Shown here piece by piece: positions 48,692-59,551 of a stretch of DNA of 64,000 nt. The stretch spans positions 192,001 to 256,000 of the forward strand of contig CAVZDU010000003.1 of assembly GCA_963774265.1 (NCBI GenBank), read 5' to 3'. The position numbers and the translations under genes were made by a program. This DNA is from an uncultured Chloroflexia bacterium. GTDB taxonomy: Bacteria > Chloroflexota > Anaerolineae > CG2-30-64-16. The notes under the pieces are model-generated. The model was not told where the DNA came from, made no database searches, and saw only the letters and a program-made list of their open reading frames with translations. Positions within the stretch are counted from its first letter, which is position 1. Every line of letters begins with the position of its first letter.

Positions 48692-51046
48692 GCGCACCCT
48701 ACAAACCCCGTGTCCCGCGCCAGTTCGTCGGCGGCTATCGCCCGCGCATCGACGCGGTCGAAAAGGCGCACGGCCGCGCCCCCTACGCCGACGACATGAT
48801 CTCCGAGCGCAACTACCCCGGTCTGCTCCATGCGCGGGTGCTGCGCAGCCCTTATCCCCGCGCCAGGATCAAGCACCTCGACACCACCAAGGCCGCGGCG
48901 CTGCCGGGCGTCAAGGCCATCCTGACCTACCAGGACCCGGAGGTCGCGCGCCTCAAGCCGACCAACGCCGGCTGGACCGACGCGGTCGACACGGTCAGCT
49001 ACGACAAGATGATGTGGCGCAAATTCCGCGACCGCCGCGTGCTGGGCGACTACGCCGACCTGGGCCGGCGACGAGGTGGGCGTCGCGATCGCCGCGGAGA
49101 GCGAGCAGATCGCGGAGCAGGCGCTGCGGCTGGTCGAGGTCGAGTGGGAGCAGCTGCCCTTCGTGCTCGATCCGCTCGCGGCGATGCAGCCCGGCGCGCC
49201 GGTCATCCACCCGCAGATCGCCGAGCACAACGTGCTCCCGCCCGATCCGGTCGGCGGTCCGGATGTCTTCCTGAACAAGGGCGATGTGGAGCAGGGCTTC
49301 GCCGCCGCGGATGTCGTCCTCGAGATGGACACCAGCCACCACAACCCGACGCAAGGCTCCCTCGATCCCTGGTGCTGCGTGGCCGAGTGGCAAGACGGAC
49401 CGGCTGACCGTTGTCTCCAATTCCTACGCGGCCGACCAGACCCGCATGCACGTCAGCCAGATGCTGGAGCTGCCGATCCACAAGGTGCGGGTCATCAGCA
49501 AGTACGTGGGCGGGCAGTTCGGCCGGGGCGACACCGGCGATCAGCCGTTCTTCCTCTTCACCGCGCTGCTGGCGAAGAAGGCCGGGCGGCCCGTCAAGTT
49601 CAAGCACACGCGGCGGGACAGCTTCCACGACACCCGGCAGGCGCGCGCTCTACCACTGCAAGGTGGGCGCCACGGCCGACGGCACGATCACCGCGCTCCA
49701 TTTCAAGTCCATCGGCGACATCGGCGCGCACGCCGACCACTCGGTCTTCGCGCTGAAATTCGCCCCGGCCGAGATCTCGGAGGCCGCGCTGGCCCCGATT
49801 CCCAACATCAAGATGGAATCCTATGCCGTCTACACCAACCACATCCCCGGCTGCATGATGCGCGGGGTGGGCAATTCCCAGTTCAACTTCATCTTCGGCC
49901 GGATGATCGATGGCCTGGCCGAGCGGCTGGATATGGACCCGATCGAGCTGGCGATCAAGAACTTCGGGCACGAATGGGGCACCTGCCCGGATCAGAGCCT
50001 GACGGCGGTGCTGGAGACGGGCGCGCAGCGCATCGGCTGGGCCGAGAAGCGGCACAAGCCCGGCGCAGGCCCGCTCTACGAGGGCGTCAAGAGGCGCGGG
50101 GTGGGCTTCTCCCTGCATCCCGGCTGGCATGCCGAGTGGCAGGAAGAGCGCCGCGGGCAGGTGCAGGCGAAGATCACCCTCTACCCGGACGGCACGGTCA
50201 CGCTGGACGCGCCCACCGTGGAGACCGGCACCGGCTCGAACACCTGCAATGTGCTTGGCTGCGCCGAGGCGCTCGGCTTCCTGGGCGTCCGCCCGGAGGA
50301 CATCACCTGGGTCTCGACCGTGGACACCGATAGCGGCATGCGCGACTGCGTGCAGACCGACAGCGCCGTCTCCTTCCTGCAGTCCGAGGTGCTGGCGGTG
50401 GCGGCGCGAGGAGCTGAAGGAGAAGCTGCTCGCTCTCGCGGCCCCTGTCCTCGGGGTCCCGGCCGACCAGTTGACCATCGACCGGACGGCCAGATCATCG
50501 GGCCGGGGCGCAGCATCAGCGTGAAGGAGCTGCTGTGGCAGGGCGACCTGGTGCCGCTGTCGGTGATGGTGAGCCGGCGGCCCTCGAGCGAAGAAGACCG
50601 GCGTGCCGTACATCGCCAGTTTCGCCGAGGTGGAGGTGGACACCGGCACCGGCCGCACGCAGGTGCTCAAGCTGGTCATCATCAACGACTGTGGGACGGT
50701 CATGTACGCCTCCGGCGCGGAGGCCCAGCAGATCGGCGGCCAGGTCATGGCCATCGGCGAGGCGCTGACCGAGGAGATGATCTACGACCCGGTGCGCGGC
50801 GTGCCGCTGAACTTCAACTTCATCGACTACAAGATGCCGACCATCCTCGACATGCCGGCGATCGAGCCGGTGCTCCTGGAGGTGTGGCGGGGCGCGGGCG
50901 AGTATGGCGCGTGCGGCATCGGCGAAGGCACGCTGACCTGCACCCCACGGGCCATCGCCAACGCGGTCTACAACGCCATCGGCGCCCGGGTCGATGAAAT
51001 CCCCCTGACGCCGGAAAAAGTGCTCCGGGCCTTGGGCAAGATTTGA
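48688..51046 (+). CDS. Xanthine dehydrogenase family molybdopterin-binding large subunit (frameshifted)
   Basis: VLRSPYPRARI, VGGQFG, MRGVG, ETGTG, DYKMPT, GIGEG, AIANAVYNAIG. Confidence 0.88.
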
Positions 51047-51055
51047 GGTGACGCC

Positions 51056-53434
51056 ATGACACTCCAGCCTTTCAAGTACGTCCCGGCTGACTCGCTGCAG
51101 GCGGCAGAGGCGCTGCTGCAGGAACACGGCGAAGGGGCCGCGGTGATCGCGGGCGGCACCGATCTGCTCGGCGCGCTCAAGGATGCCATCCACGACGACC
51201 CCTCCGGAGCTCCTGATCGGCCTCAAGCCGCTGACGGATCTGCGCTACGTGAACGCCGATGCCCGACGGGGTGCGCATCGGCAGCCTCACCACGCTCGCC
51301 GAGATCGCGCAAACACCCGGTCATCCGGCAGACCTATCCGCTCCTCGCCGAGGCCGCGCGCAGCGTGGCCTCGCCGCAGATTCGCAACGTCGCGACCATC
51401 GCCGGCAACCTCTGCCAGGAGCCCCGCTGCTGGTACTACCGCAACCCCGACAACACCTTCGACTGCCTGCGCAAGGGCGGCAAGACGGTGCGACGCGTTG
51501 TTCGCCGAGAATCGCTACCACTCCATCTTCGGCGGCATGTGCGTCAGCGCCGCGCCGTGCGTCACCGGCTGCCCCATCCACAACGACATCCCCGCGTACA
51601 TGGCCAAGCTCCGCGCCGGCGAGCTCGACGAAGCGGTGGCGATCCTGCTGCGCACCAACCCGCTGCCGGCGATCACGGGCCGGGTCTGTCCGCACACCTG
51701 CGAGACGGACTGCAACCGGTTCGACTACGACGAGCCGGTGTCGATCCGCGACGTCGAGCGCTTCCTGGGCGACTATGCGCTGGAACACGCCGAGGACCTC
51801 TACCGGCCGCCCGCGGCGGAATCGGGCAAGCGGGTGGCGATCGTCGGCGCGGGCCCGGCCGGGCTGACCGCGGCCTACTTCCTGCGGCAGGCCGGGCATG
51901 ACGTGACGGTCTTCGACCAGATGCCCGAGGCCGGCGGCATGCTGACCTACAGCATCCCGGCCTACCGCCTGCCCAAGGACGTCATGGCGGCCCAGGTCCA
52001 CGCGCTCGAAGGCATGGGCATCCGCTTCGAGCTGGGCGCGGCCGCTCGGCAGCGACGGCGCTGTCGCTGGACGACCTCAGGGAGCGCTATCGAGAGCGTG
52101 TTCCTGGCGACCGGTCTCTGGAACGGGAAGACGCTCAGGCTGGAGAAGGGCGAGTTGCTCGACTCCGGCCTGAAATTCCTGATCGACGTCCAGGTCGGCG
52201 GCAGCGCGCAGCCGAGCGTGGGCGAGCGAGTGCTGGTGATCGGCGGCGGCAGCGTGGCGGTGGATGTGGCGCTCACCGCGCGGCGCCTCGGCGCGACCGA
52301 GGTGACGATGGCCTGCCTGGAGAGCCTGGAGACGATGCCGGCCATCCCCGAGGATGTCGAGCAGGCGCTGGAGGAAGGGATCACCATCCTGCCCTCGTGG
52401 GGACCCCAGCGCGTCGTGGAGCAGGACGGGAAGCTGACCGGCATGGAGCTGGTGCGCTGCACCTCGGTCTTCGACAAAGACGGGCGTTTCGCGCCGACCT
52501 TCGATCCCGCGGTCAAGACCATGGTCGAGGCGGACCAGATCCTGGTCGCCATCGGCCAGGCCGCCGATCTCTCGTATGCCGAGCCCGGGCTGCAAGACGG
52601 AGCGCGGGCTGCTCGTGGCCGACAAGGTGACCGGCGCGACGGCCATGCCGGGCGTCTTTGCGGGCGGCGACGTCACCGGCAGCTCCGCGACGATGGTGCA
52701 GGCGATGGCTTCGGGGCAAAGGGCCGCGGCATCCATCGACGCGTACTTCGCCCGCGTGCAGCCCGAACCTGCCCGCCCGAGCCACGTCCCGCTGGTCATC
52801 AACGAGGCTGCGCTGCCGGCCAGCCAGCGGGTCCATGCCCCGCGCCTGCCGGTGGATCAGCGCACCCTCCTCGCCGAAGACTGCGGCGACCCTGTCGCTC
52901 GACCTGCTGGAACGCGAGCCGACCCGCTGCGCCAACTGCGGCTGCGTGGCGGTCAGCGCCTCGGACCTCGCGCCGGCCCTCGTCGCGCTCCGCGCGACGG
53001 TGAAGACCACCCAGCGGCGCCTGCCGGCCGAGGATCTCTTCACCGCGGCCGAGAGCAAGACGACGGTCCTGGCGCCGGACGAGCTGATCGAGGAGATCGA
53101 GATCCCCGCGCCGCCGCCGGGGAGCCACCAGGCCTATCACAAGTTCCGCATCCGCAACGCGATCGACTTCCCCATCGTCGGCGTCGCCTTCTGCGCGGAC
53201 ATGCAGGAGGGCAGATTCCACGATGCGCGGGTCGTGCTCGGGGCGGTCGCGCCCGTCCCGTTGGCCGCGCGTGCGGTCGAGGCGCTGCTGGAGGGTCAGG
53301 CGCCGAGCGAGGCGTTGGCGCAGGAGGCCGCCAGCCTGGCGGTCAGGGACGCGCAGCCGCTCGCGCGGAACCGGCTCAAGGTGGAGGTGGTGAAGGCGCT
53401 GGTCAGGAAGGCGATCCTGGGCGCCGCGGGCTGA
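51056..53434 (+). CDS. XDH-family FAD subunit ([4Fe-4S] PaoB/HcrB type) with an internal GltD-like module (frameshifted)
   Basis: AGGTDL, ASPQIRNVATIAGNLCQEPRCWYYR; insert CVTGCP..TGRVCPHTCE, GAGPAG, GGGSVAVD, GVFAGGD; then CVAVSASDLAPAL and KFRIRNAIDF. Confidence 0.85.
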
Positions 53435-53818
53435 GCGGGGCACACATCTCAATTCGGGGGCATGATCGGGGCTGAAGCCCGCCGAGGTGAAGAGAAGGCG
53501 GTGGGCAACGCGGTCAGAAACGGGCGCTTGAGCACGGGCCGGGTGCGAGGCTGATGGTATGCCAGGGTCAACTTGAAGTCGGGACGTTGGCCTACTGGCC
53601 GTCAGGTTACTTGACCAGCTTCGCCAGCGCCGCCAGATCCTCGGCATTGCTAATCAGGATGCCGTTTTCTGCAAGCGTGTCAATCTTCGTCTGACCGTCC
53701 GGCGAGGGATACGGCTCGATACGCGTGAAGGCCGACACGGGGATCACGCGCCCCTGCGCGGTCAGGCGGCGCCTGTAGCCTGGTTTCATCCATTTGATCA
53801 CCCCAGGGTGCGGACGCG

Positions 53819-54659
53819 CTACCCGCTCTGTCGGTCGGCACGCAGATGGCACCGCTTGTACTTCAGCCCGCTGCCACACCAACAGGGATCGTTGCGGCCG
53901 AATTTCCTCCGGGCCGGCGCCGCCACAATCTCCCGAGGCAGGAAGTCAGGGACGGCAGGCGGCACGGGCTTCGGACGCGGTTCGTGGCGCTCCTGAAGCG
54001 CTTCAATCTCCGTCCACACGGCATCGCGCTCGGCCGGTTTGCCCCACGCATCATACATGTCTGCGAGCCGTTCCAGGAGATCGGTGCGGTCTTGCAGATT
54101 CGGCCGATCCAAGGCGCGCCGCAGGATAGCCTCGGCTGTCGCGTACTCCTTCGGCGAGTCGTCCAGCAACCAATAGCGGTCGGCCCAGCCGATGTAGCCC
54201 CAGGCTTCGTCGGGCAGGCGTTCGACCAACGCTCCGAACACGGTCTCTGCCTCGGCGCGCCGATCGAGTATCCCAGAGCGCCTCCCCTTCGGCGCGACGC
54301 ATGTTGACGTAGACCAGGTCGCTCTCGTCGGGAAAAAGCGCCAGAAACTCACGCACATAGCGCACGCGCGCCTCGTGATAGTGCGGGGCCTCTCGACCCG
54401 CATTGCCCAATTCCATCTCAAAGTCCTGGCACCAGTTGGCCACGTGTTCTGCCAGGCCCCGGTGTCGCCGGTCAAAGGCTGCAGTGCTGCGGATGTCCGC
54501 GGTTGTCATCTGGCTGACAACTTCCCACGCCAGGAGCCACTGGTCGCAGCCTGCTGCCGTTTTGCCGTGCCGGACCAACCCATAGCCACCCCTAATATCG
54601 GCATTGAGTTGGCGTAGCAGTTCCCGTTGTGTTGGATGCGATGTTATCGTTGTCTCCAT
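53819..54659 (-). CDS. TPR-like protein with C-terminal SEC-C motif (frameshifted)
   Basis: Two overlapping ORFs that join; C-terminal KFGRNDPCWCGSGLKYKRCH. Confidence 0.7.
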
Positions 54660-54751
54660 ATGACGATCTCCTCGACTGGGCCGACGTCCTTCTGGACGCG
54701 CGCCGCAACGCGGGTCACGAGTTCAGCTTTCTCGATGCGCTGCTCCATCAT
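54644..54751 (-). pseudogene. Possible truncated HU-like DNA-binding protein N-terminus
   Basis: MEQRIEKAELVTRVAARVQKDVGPVEEIV resembles HU helix 1-2, then an early stop. Confidence 0.3.
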
Positions 54752-54770
54752 CGGCCATGTCTCCGCTCTA

Positions 54771-55040
54771 TCAGGCGTTTCCTGACCATCGCGTCAGCAC
54801 GCGCGCGACCTGGACCTCGACCTCCGCTCGCGCGTCCCTACGCTCATATCCCTGACTGAGAAGCAGGTCGTAGTTCGTCTCAGAATGACGCACGCGCGAT
54901 GACCGCCAGCCGCACGGCCTCGGCATCCAGTTCCTTCGCCGCCGCGCTCCGGCCGACCCGGCCGCTGTACTTGCGGCAGGCGTGTTCGGCAATGACGCGC
55001 TCGCGACCAGCCGGTCCGGCACTTACAGTGGGTGTCCTTG
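54771..55040 (-). pseudogene. DUF2293-like C-terminal fragment
   Basis: Across frames: HACRKYSGRVGRSAAAKELDAEAVRLAVIA-RVRHSETNYDLLLSQGYERRDARAEV. Confidence 0.55.
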
Positions 55041-55056
55041 GTCATTGCCAATTGTC

Positions 55057-55773
55057 TCAAACGACCATTTCGTCAGAATAGATTAGCATGGCGGCTCTCG
55101 CCATGCAACGATTCGCCTCCTCTGGCTTTTCCTGGTCAGAGTAAACGCCGGCCAAAGCGCGCAGAGCGTATCCATTGTTGGGATCTCTCCGGAGAACCTT
55201 GTCGAGAATGCTCTTGGCCTCTTGCAGGCGCCTCTGATCACGGTAGACCGCCGCTAATCCTACATGGGCGACAGGAGTATCATGAAGAGCGAGAGCCTCT
55301 TGGTAGAGTCTTTCTGCATCGGCCCAACGTTGGCAGCGCCGATATGCGGCCGCCAACATGGTTAGTGCTTCCGGCCTTCGGTCCAACTCACAGGCTCGCA
55401 AGAGCGCAGCGATCTCGCCATCCAGGTCGCCGCGCCGTCTGGCATCCTGAGCCGCAGAGAAGGCATGACCATAAGACCTGATCTTTTTGAGATTCTGGAG
55501 TTGCGTGGCTTGGCGGAGCTTCTGTTCGACGCGCTCCAGCCCGTTTTCTGCAATCCGAGTGCCCGGTCGGAGTGCGAGCACGCGCGAGTAGAGCTCATGG
55601 GCTTTCTGCAAGTCCTCGCGAAGTTCGTGGCATTTGGCAAGACGCAGTTGGGAATCCACATCGTTCGGCGCGATGGCCAGAATTTGTTCGTTGACCTGCA
55701 GCGCTACATCGCTCCAGTTGCTCGCCTTTGCGAGATCAACCGCTCGCTGTCTCAGCGCATCGAGTTGGGACAT
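55057..55773 (-). CDS. Tetratricopeptide repeat protein
   Basis: Repeated LA...A...Y...L...P TPR pattern. Confidence 0.8.
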   Translation of the reverse strand: MSQLDALRQRAVDLAKASNWSDVALQVNEQILAIAPNDVDSQLRLAKCHELREDLQKAHELYSRVLALRPGTRIAENGLERVEQKLRQATQLQNLKKIRSYGHAFSAAQDARRRGDLDGEIAALLRACELDRRPEALTMLAAAYRRCQRWADAERLYQEALALHDTPVAHVGLAAVYRDQRRLQEAKSILDKVLRRDPNNGYALRALAGVYSDQEKPEEANRCMARAAMLIYSDEMVV

Positions 55774-55839
55774 GGCGATTCTCCGTGAAAGCCGTTTGCA
55801 TCCGGAGGGTGCAGACGGCTCTCTTGCTTCTATGCGACT

Positions 55840-57015
55840 TTACTGGCTAGCCGTACCTGGCGTCGTCCCCAGCGGACTGCCGCGTTGGTCGACGGGCACA
55901 AACTTGAGGTCAATCGGGCCCACGTACACCGATGTGGGCCGGATGAGCCGGTTATCTGCATATTGCTCCAGGATGTGCGCGATCCAGCCTGCGGTGCGCG
56001 TGGCCGCAAACACCGTCGTGAAGTACTCCGGCGGAATCCCCATGGCGTGCTGGACCGTGGCCGAGTAGAAGTCGACGTTCGGGTAGATGCCCTTCGCCTG
56101 GAGCACCTCTCGCTCGACCCGCTGCGCGATGTCGTGCAAATGCATCTGGTTGTTCGCCTGGCAAAGCTGCTCGGAATAGTAGCGCAGGTGCGGGGTGCGC
56201 GGGTCCTCTGTACGATAGACGCGGTGGCCGAAACCCATAATTCGTTTCTTGCTTTCCAGCATGCCCGCAATGTAGGCCTGGACGGTCTCCGCGTCTGGGA
56301 TGTCCAGGATCATTTCCATGACACGTTGATTCGCGCCCCCGTGCAGGGGGCCCTTGAGCGAGCCGAGCGCGGCCGAGAGCGCGGAGTGCATGTCGCTGAG
56401 GGTGCTGGCGACCACACGCGCCGTGAAGGTGCTGGCGTTCAACTCGTGATCCGCCAGCAACACCATCAGCACCTCCATGGCCTTCTGCTCCAGCTCGGTC
56501 GGCGGCGTGCCGCGCAGCATGTACAAGAAGTTCGCGGGCACATCGTCGGTGGGGTCGGGCGACAACAGCGGCATGCCGCTCCGGATGCGGTGCAAGTCGG
56601 CGATGATCGTGGGCACCTGGGCCACCAGGCGCCGGGCCTTGCGCAAGTTTGCGGCCGGTGAGATGTCCTCCACATCAGGATCGAAGTTCGCCAACATGCT
56701 GACCGCGGTGCGCAGGACGGCCATGGGATGGCTGTGGCGGGGGGTCAGCCTGATCATCTCGACCACCTGGCTGGGCAGCCGCATTTCCGCAACCAGCTCG
56801 GAGCGGAAGGCATCACGCTCCGCCCGCGATGGCAGGCGGCCGCGCCAAAGAAGAAAGACCGTTTCCGAGTAGCTCATGGCCTCGGCAATGTCGTGGATAT
56901 CGTACCCCTGGTACAACAACTGGCCATGGACTCCGTCCACATAAGAGATGCTCGACTCTGCGGCGATCACCCCTTCCAGCCCGCGGACGGCGACCGATCC
57001 GTTTCCTGTCTTCAT
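55840..57015 (-). CDS. Citrate synthase / 2-methylcitrate synthase family
   Basis: GLEGV, DHELNAST, GPLHGGAN, GFGHRVY, NVDFYS. Confidence 0.92.
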   Translation of the reverse strand: MKTGNGSVAVRGLEGVIAAESSISYVDGVHGQLLYQGYDIHDIAEAMSYSETVFLLWRGRLPSRAERDAFRSELVAEMRLPSQVVEMIRLTPRHSHPMAVLRTAVSMLANFDPDVEDISPAANLRKARRLVAQVPTIIADLHRIRSGMPLLSPDPTDDVPANFLYMLRGTPPTELEQKAMEVLMVLLADHELNASTFTARVVASTLSDMHSALSAALGSLKGPLHGGANQRVMEMILDIPDAETVQAYIAGMLESKKRIMGFGHRVYRTEDPRTPHLRYYSEQLCQANNQMHLHDIAQRVEREVLQAKGIYPNVDFYSATVQHAMGIPPEYFTTVFAATRTAGWIAHILEQYADNRLIRPTSVYVGPIDLKFVPVDQRGSPLGTTPGTASQ

Positions 57016-57146
57016 GATTGCTGGGTCCTTTCGAGCTGACCATAAAGCCAGCAAAACTTACCGAAGCATACTATAGCCGGGAAACGGCGACACGCATAAT
57101 TCGATCGACTACTGGTTGGCCAGAAGCATGACGAGGTCTTCGATCA

Positions 57147-59537
57147 TCAAGGTTGCGGTGTCAACGTCAGCGTGGACTCCGCGTGCTTCTCCACCTGGTC
57201 GCGCGTCCATGGCATCGGGTGGTACTCGCCCTGTAGCCACAGCCCGACCTGGTCGTCATAATGCGGGCTGCCAAGCTGGCCAGATTGGCCGATTGGGGCA
57301 ACCGCCTGGCTGCTATCGAGGTCGCCCAGATCAATGATGTAGCGCATCGAAGGGGACCAGGCGTCATTGTCGTAGGATGCGCTGGGCAGGATTGCAGTCT
57401 GTAACGGCGTATCTGTGTCACCGCCGACGGGCAGCGGCCCGCGGTTGAATACCTGGTCAAGCGGCTTCTGGACACTGAGGGCATGCGCGAAGGTGATCCG
57501 GTGGAGACGACCCCACTGCCATCCGGTCGGGTCCGGGCCAAGTTCTGATCGCAAGGATGTCACAGCCTCGACCAGGCAGCGCCTGAGCAGCGCGTCGCGG
57601 CCGCCGGCCTGGCCGATCCACCAGGAGTCGGGATCGCGGAGCAGGCGCAGCAGGACCACGGTGTCATGGCCGTAGAATTCGTTAGTGGGTTTCAGAATCG
57701 GGTGGAAAGCCTGGCCCAGCCACCGCTGGGTTAGCTCCGGGCCCAGGACGGGCCCGAACAGGCCATGCACGAGGGACCTGCGGGCCACCTCGTACAGGGT
57801 CCCGCCCACCGAGTCCGTGCTCAGCCGGCCGTCCCAGTCGCCCAGCAACTCTAGGGCCAGTCCCAGATCCCCCTTCTCATGCGGGCCACCTGCCTGCGAG
57901 AATATCTCCCGCACCAGCTTCACGAATTCGAGCCCGGGCAGGCAGGTGACGTCCATTTGCATCTCGCGACAGTCCACCGCGGTGATCTTGCCCCGGCTGT
58001 CGATCATCTCAGCCAGCCGGCATGCGCGGTAGCCGTTCATCCACGCATTGCCCAGGTAATAAGGGTAATCGTCGGGAGCAATCCGGTTATTGCTGTGCAA
58101 CACGTAGCCGGCCCGCGGATTAAGGGCATGCGGCATTTCCTCGAACGGCACTTCGCCGATCCACTCGTGCTCGCCCGTCCATCCGGGCGCAGGGACCTGG
58201 CCCTGCCCCTTGGCCCGAATCGGTGTCCTGCCGGTCGCCCAGTAGCCGATGTTGCCCTGGACATCCGCGTAGGAGATGCTGAGCTGTGGGGCTTCGATGC
58301 GCCGCATCGCCTCAACAAACTCGTCCCAGGTCCGCGCCCGGCCCAACATGGAAAAGCCATGGATGGCTGGACCAGGGCGAAGGGCCATGGAGTTGACCGC
58401 GAGGCGTTGGGCCGGTTCCCCGATCGCATCCGAGATGACCGGCCCGTGCCGGGTAATGGTTACCGGCTCCACATGGGACTCGGCCCGGCCTTTTACCCGG
58501 ATTGTCTCCGGGATCACCTCTGCCTCCAGCCAGTCGCCTGCACATTGGTAGCGCCTGGGGTTCTCCGGGTCGAATTTCTCGACGAAGAGATCCTCGCAGT
58601 CCGTGAAAGCCAGTGTGATGCCCCAGGCGATATGTGCATTGTGGCCGACAAGCACCATCGGCGTGCCCGGCAGGGAGACCCCAGTCAGCCGTAGATCGCC
58701 GGCCTCCAGATGAGCCTCGTACCAGGTGCCGGGCACAGTCAGCGGCAGATGCATGTCGTTGCAGAGGATGGGATGGCCGGTAGCGCTGCGCTCGGGGGAG
58801 ATGGCCCACGAATTGCTGCCCATGCTTCTTTTCAGGAAGAGATCCCCCGCTCCCAGCAGCGCCCCCTCGGCCAGCCGGTTCATCTCTATGCCGGCCGGCA
58901 ACACAGCGGGGTTGCCCGCCGCGTCCGTGATTTCGAGCTCCGCGGCCCGTTCGGGTCCCAAGGCCGCGATCAACTGAGCGCGCACGATCTCGCTATACCA
59001 GGCATGGGACAGTTGCCAGATCATGACGCGGGCGAACGCCATGGTGTCTTCAATCTCCCAGGGTTCCGCGGTGTGGCGCAGCAGTGTGAACTCCACCGGC
59101 AGCCCGCGCTTGCCGGCCTGGTTGTCCAGGAAGGCATTGACGCCCTTGACATAAGCTCGGAACCTATGCTGGTCCTCTTCGGGCAGGATTGCCCAGTCAG
59201 CGCGTCCCAACCGGTCGAAGCCGAACGTGCGGCTGGCGCGGTCCGTGTCCAGTGCCAGGCTGCCGAGCATCTCGCTCAGGCGCCCTCGCGCTATGCGGCG
59301 GTTAAGTTCCATCTGCCACAGGCGGTCCTGTGCGTGGACGAATCCCAGGGCAAAGAAGGCATCAAGCTCATTTGAGGCGTAGATATGGGGCACGCCCCAG
59401 CGATCGCGGATGATTTCCACCGGACCCATCAGCCCCGAGAGACTGAGGGTGCCGCCGACCTGGGGCAGCCTGCGCCGTCCCAGCCACGATAAACCCGTGC
59501 GCAAGAGCCGTCCTGAGAACTTGTCAAGCGAAGACAT
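57147..59537 (-). CDS. Penicillin acylase family Ntn hydrolase
   Basis: IRDRWGVPHIYA, AQDRLWQM, GSNSWA (nucleophile Ser), NDMHL, GQSG...SPHYDDQ. Confidence 0.92.
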   Translation of the reverse strand: MSSLDKFSGRLLRTGLSWLGRRRLPQVGGTLSLSGLMGPVEIIRDRWGVPHIYASNELDAFFALGFVHAQDRLWQMELNRRIARGRLSEMLGSLALDTDRASRTFGFDRLGRADWAILPEEDQHRFRAYVKGVNAFLDNQAGKRGLPVEFTLLRHTAEPWEIEDTMAFARVMIWQLSHAWYSEIVRAQLIAALGPERAAELEITDAAGNPAVLPAGIEMNRLAEGALLGAGDLFLKRSMGSNSWAISPERSATGHPILCNDMHLPLTVPGTWYEAHLEAGDLRLTGVSLPGTPMVLVGHNAHIAWGITLAFTDCEDLFVEKFDPENPRRYQCAGDWLEAEVIPETIRVKGRAESHVEPVTITRHGPVISDAIGEPAQRLAVNSMALRPGPAIHGFSMLGRARTWDEFVEAMRRIEAPQLSISYADVQGNIGYWATGRTPIRAKGQGQVPAPGWTGEHEWIGEVPFEEMPHALNPRAGYVLHSNNRIAPDDYPYYLGNAWMNGYRACRLAEMIDSRGKITAVDCREMQMDVTCLPGLEFVKLVREIFSQAGGPHEKGDLGLALELLGDWDGRLSTDSVGGTLYEVARRSLVHGLFGPVLGPELTQRWLGQAFHPILKPTNEFYGHDTVVLLRLLRDPDSWWIGQAGGRDALLRRCLVEAVTSLRSELGPDPTGWQWGRLHRITFAHALSVQKPLDQVFNRGPLPVGGDTDTPLQTAILPSASYDNDAWSPSMRYIIDLGDLDSSQAVAPIGQSGQLGSPHYDDQVGLWLQGEYHPMPWTRDQVEKHAESTLTLTPQP

Positions 59538-59551
59538 GTGAAGACCTCCGA

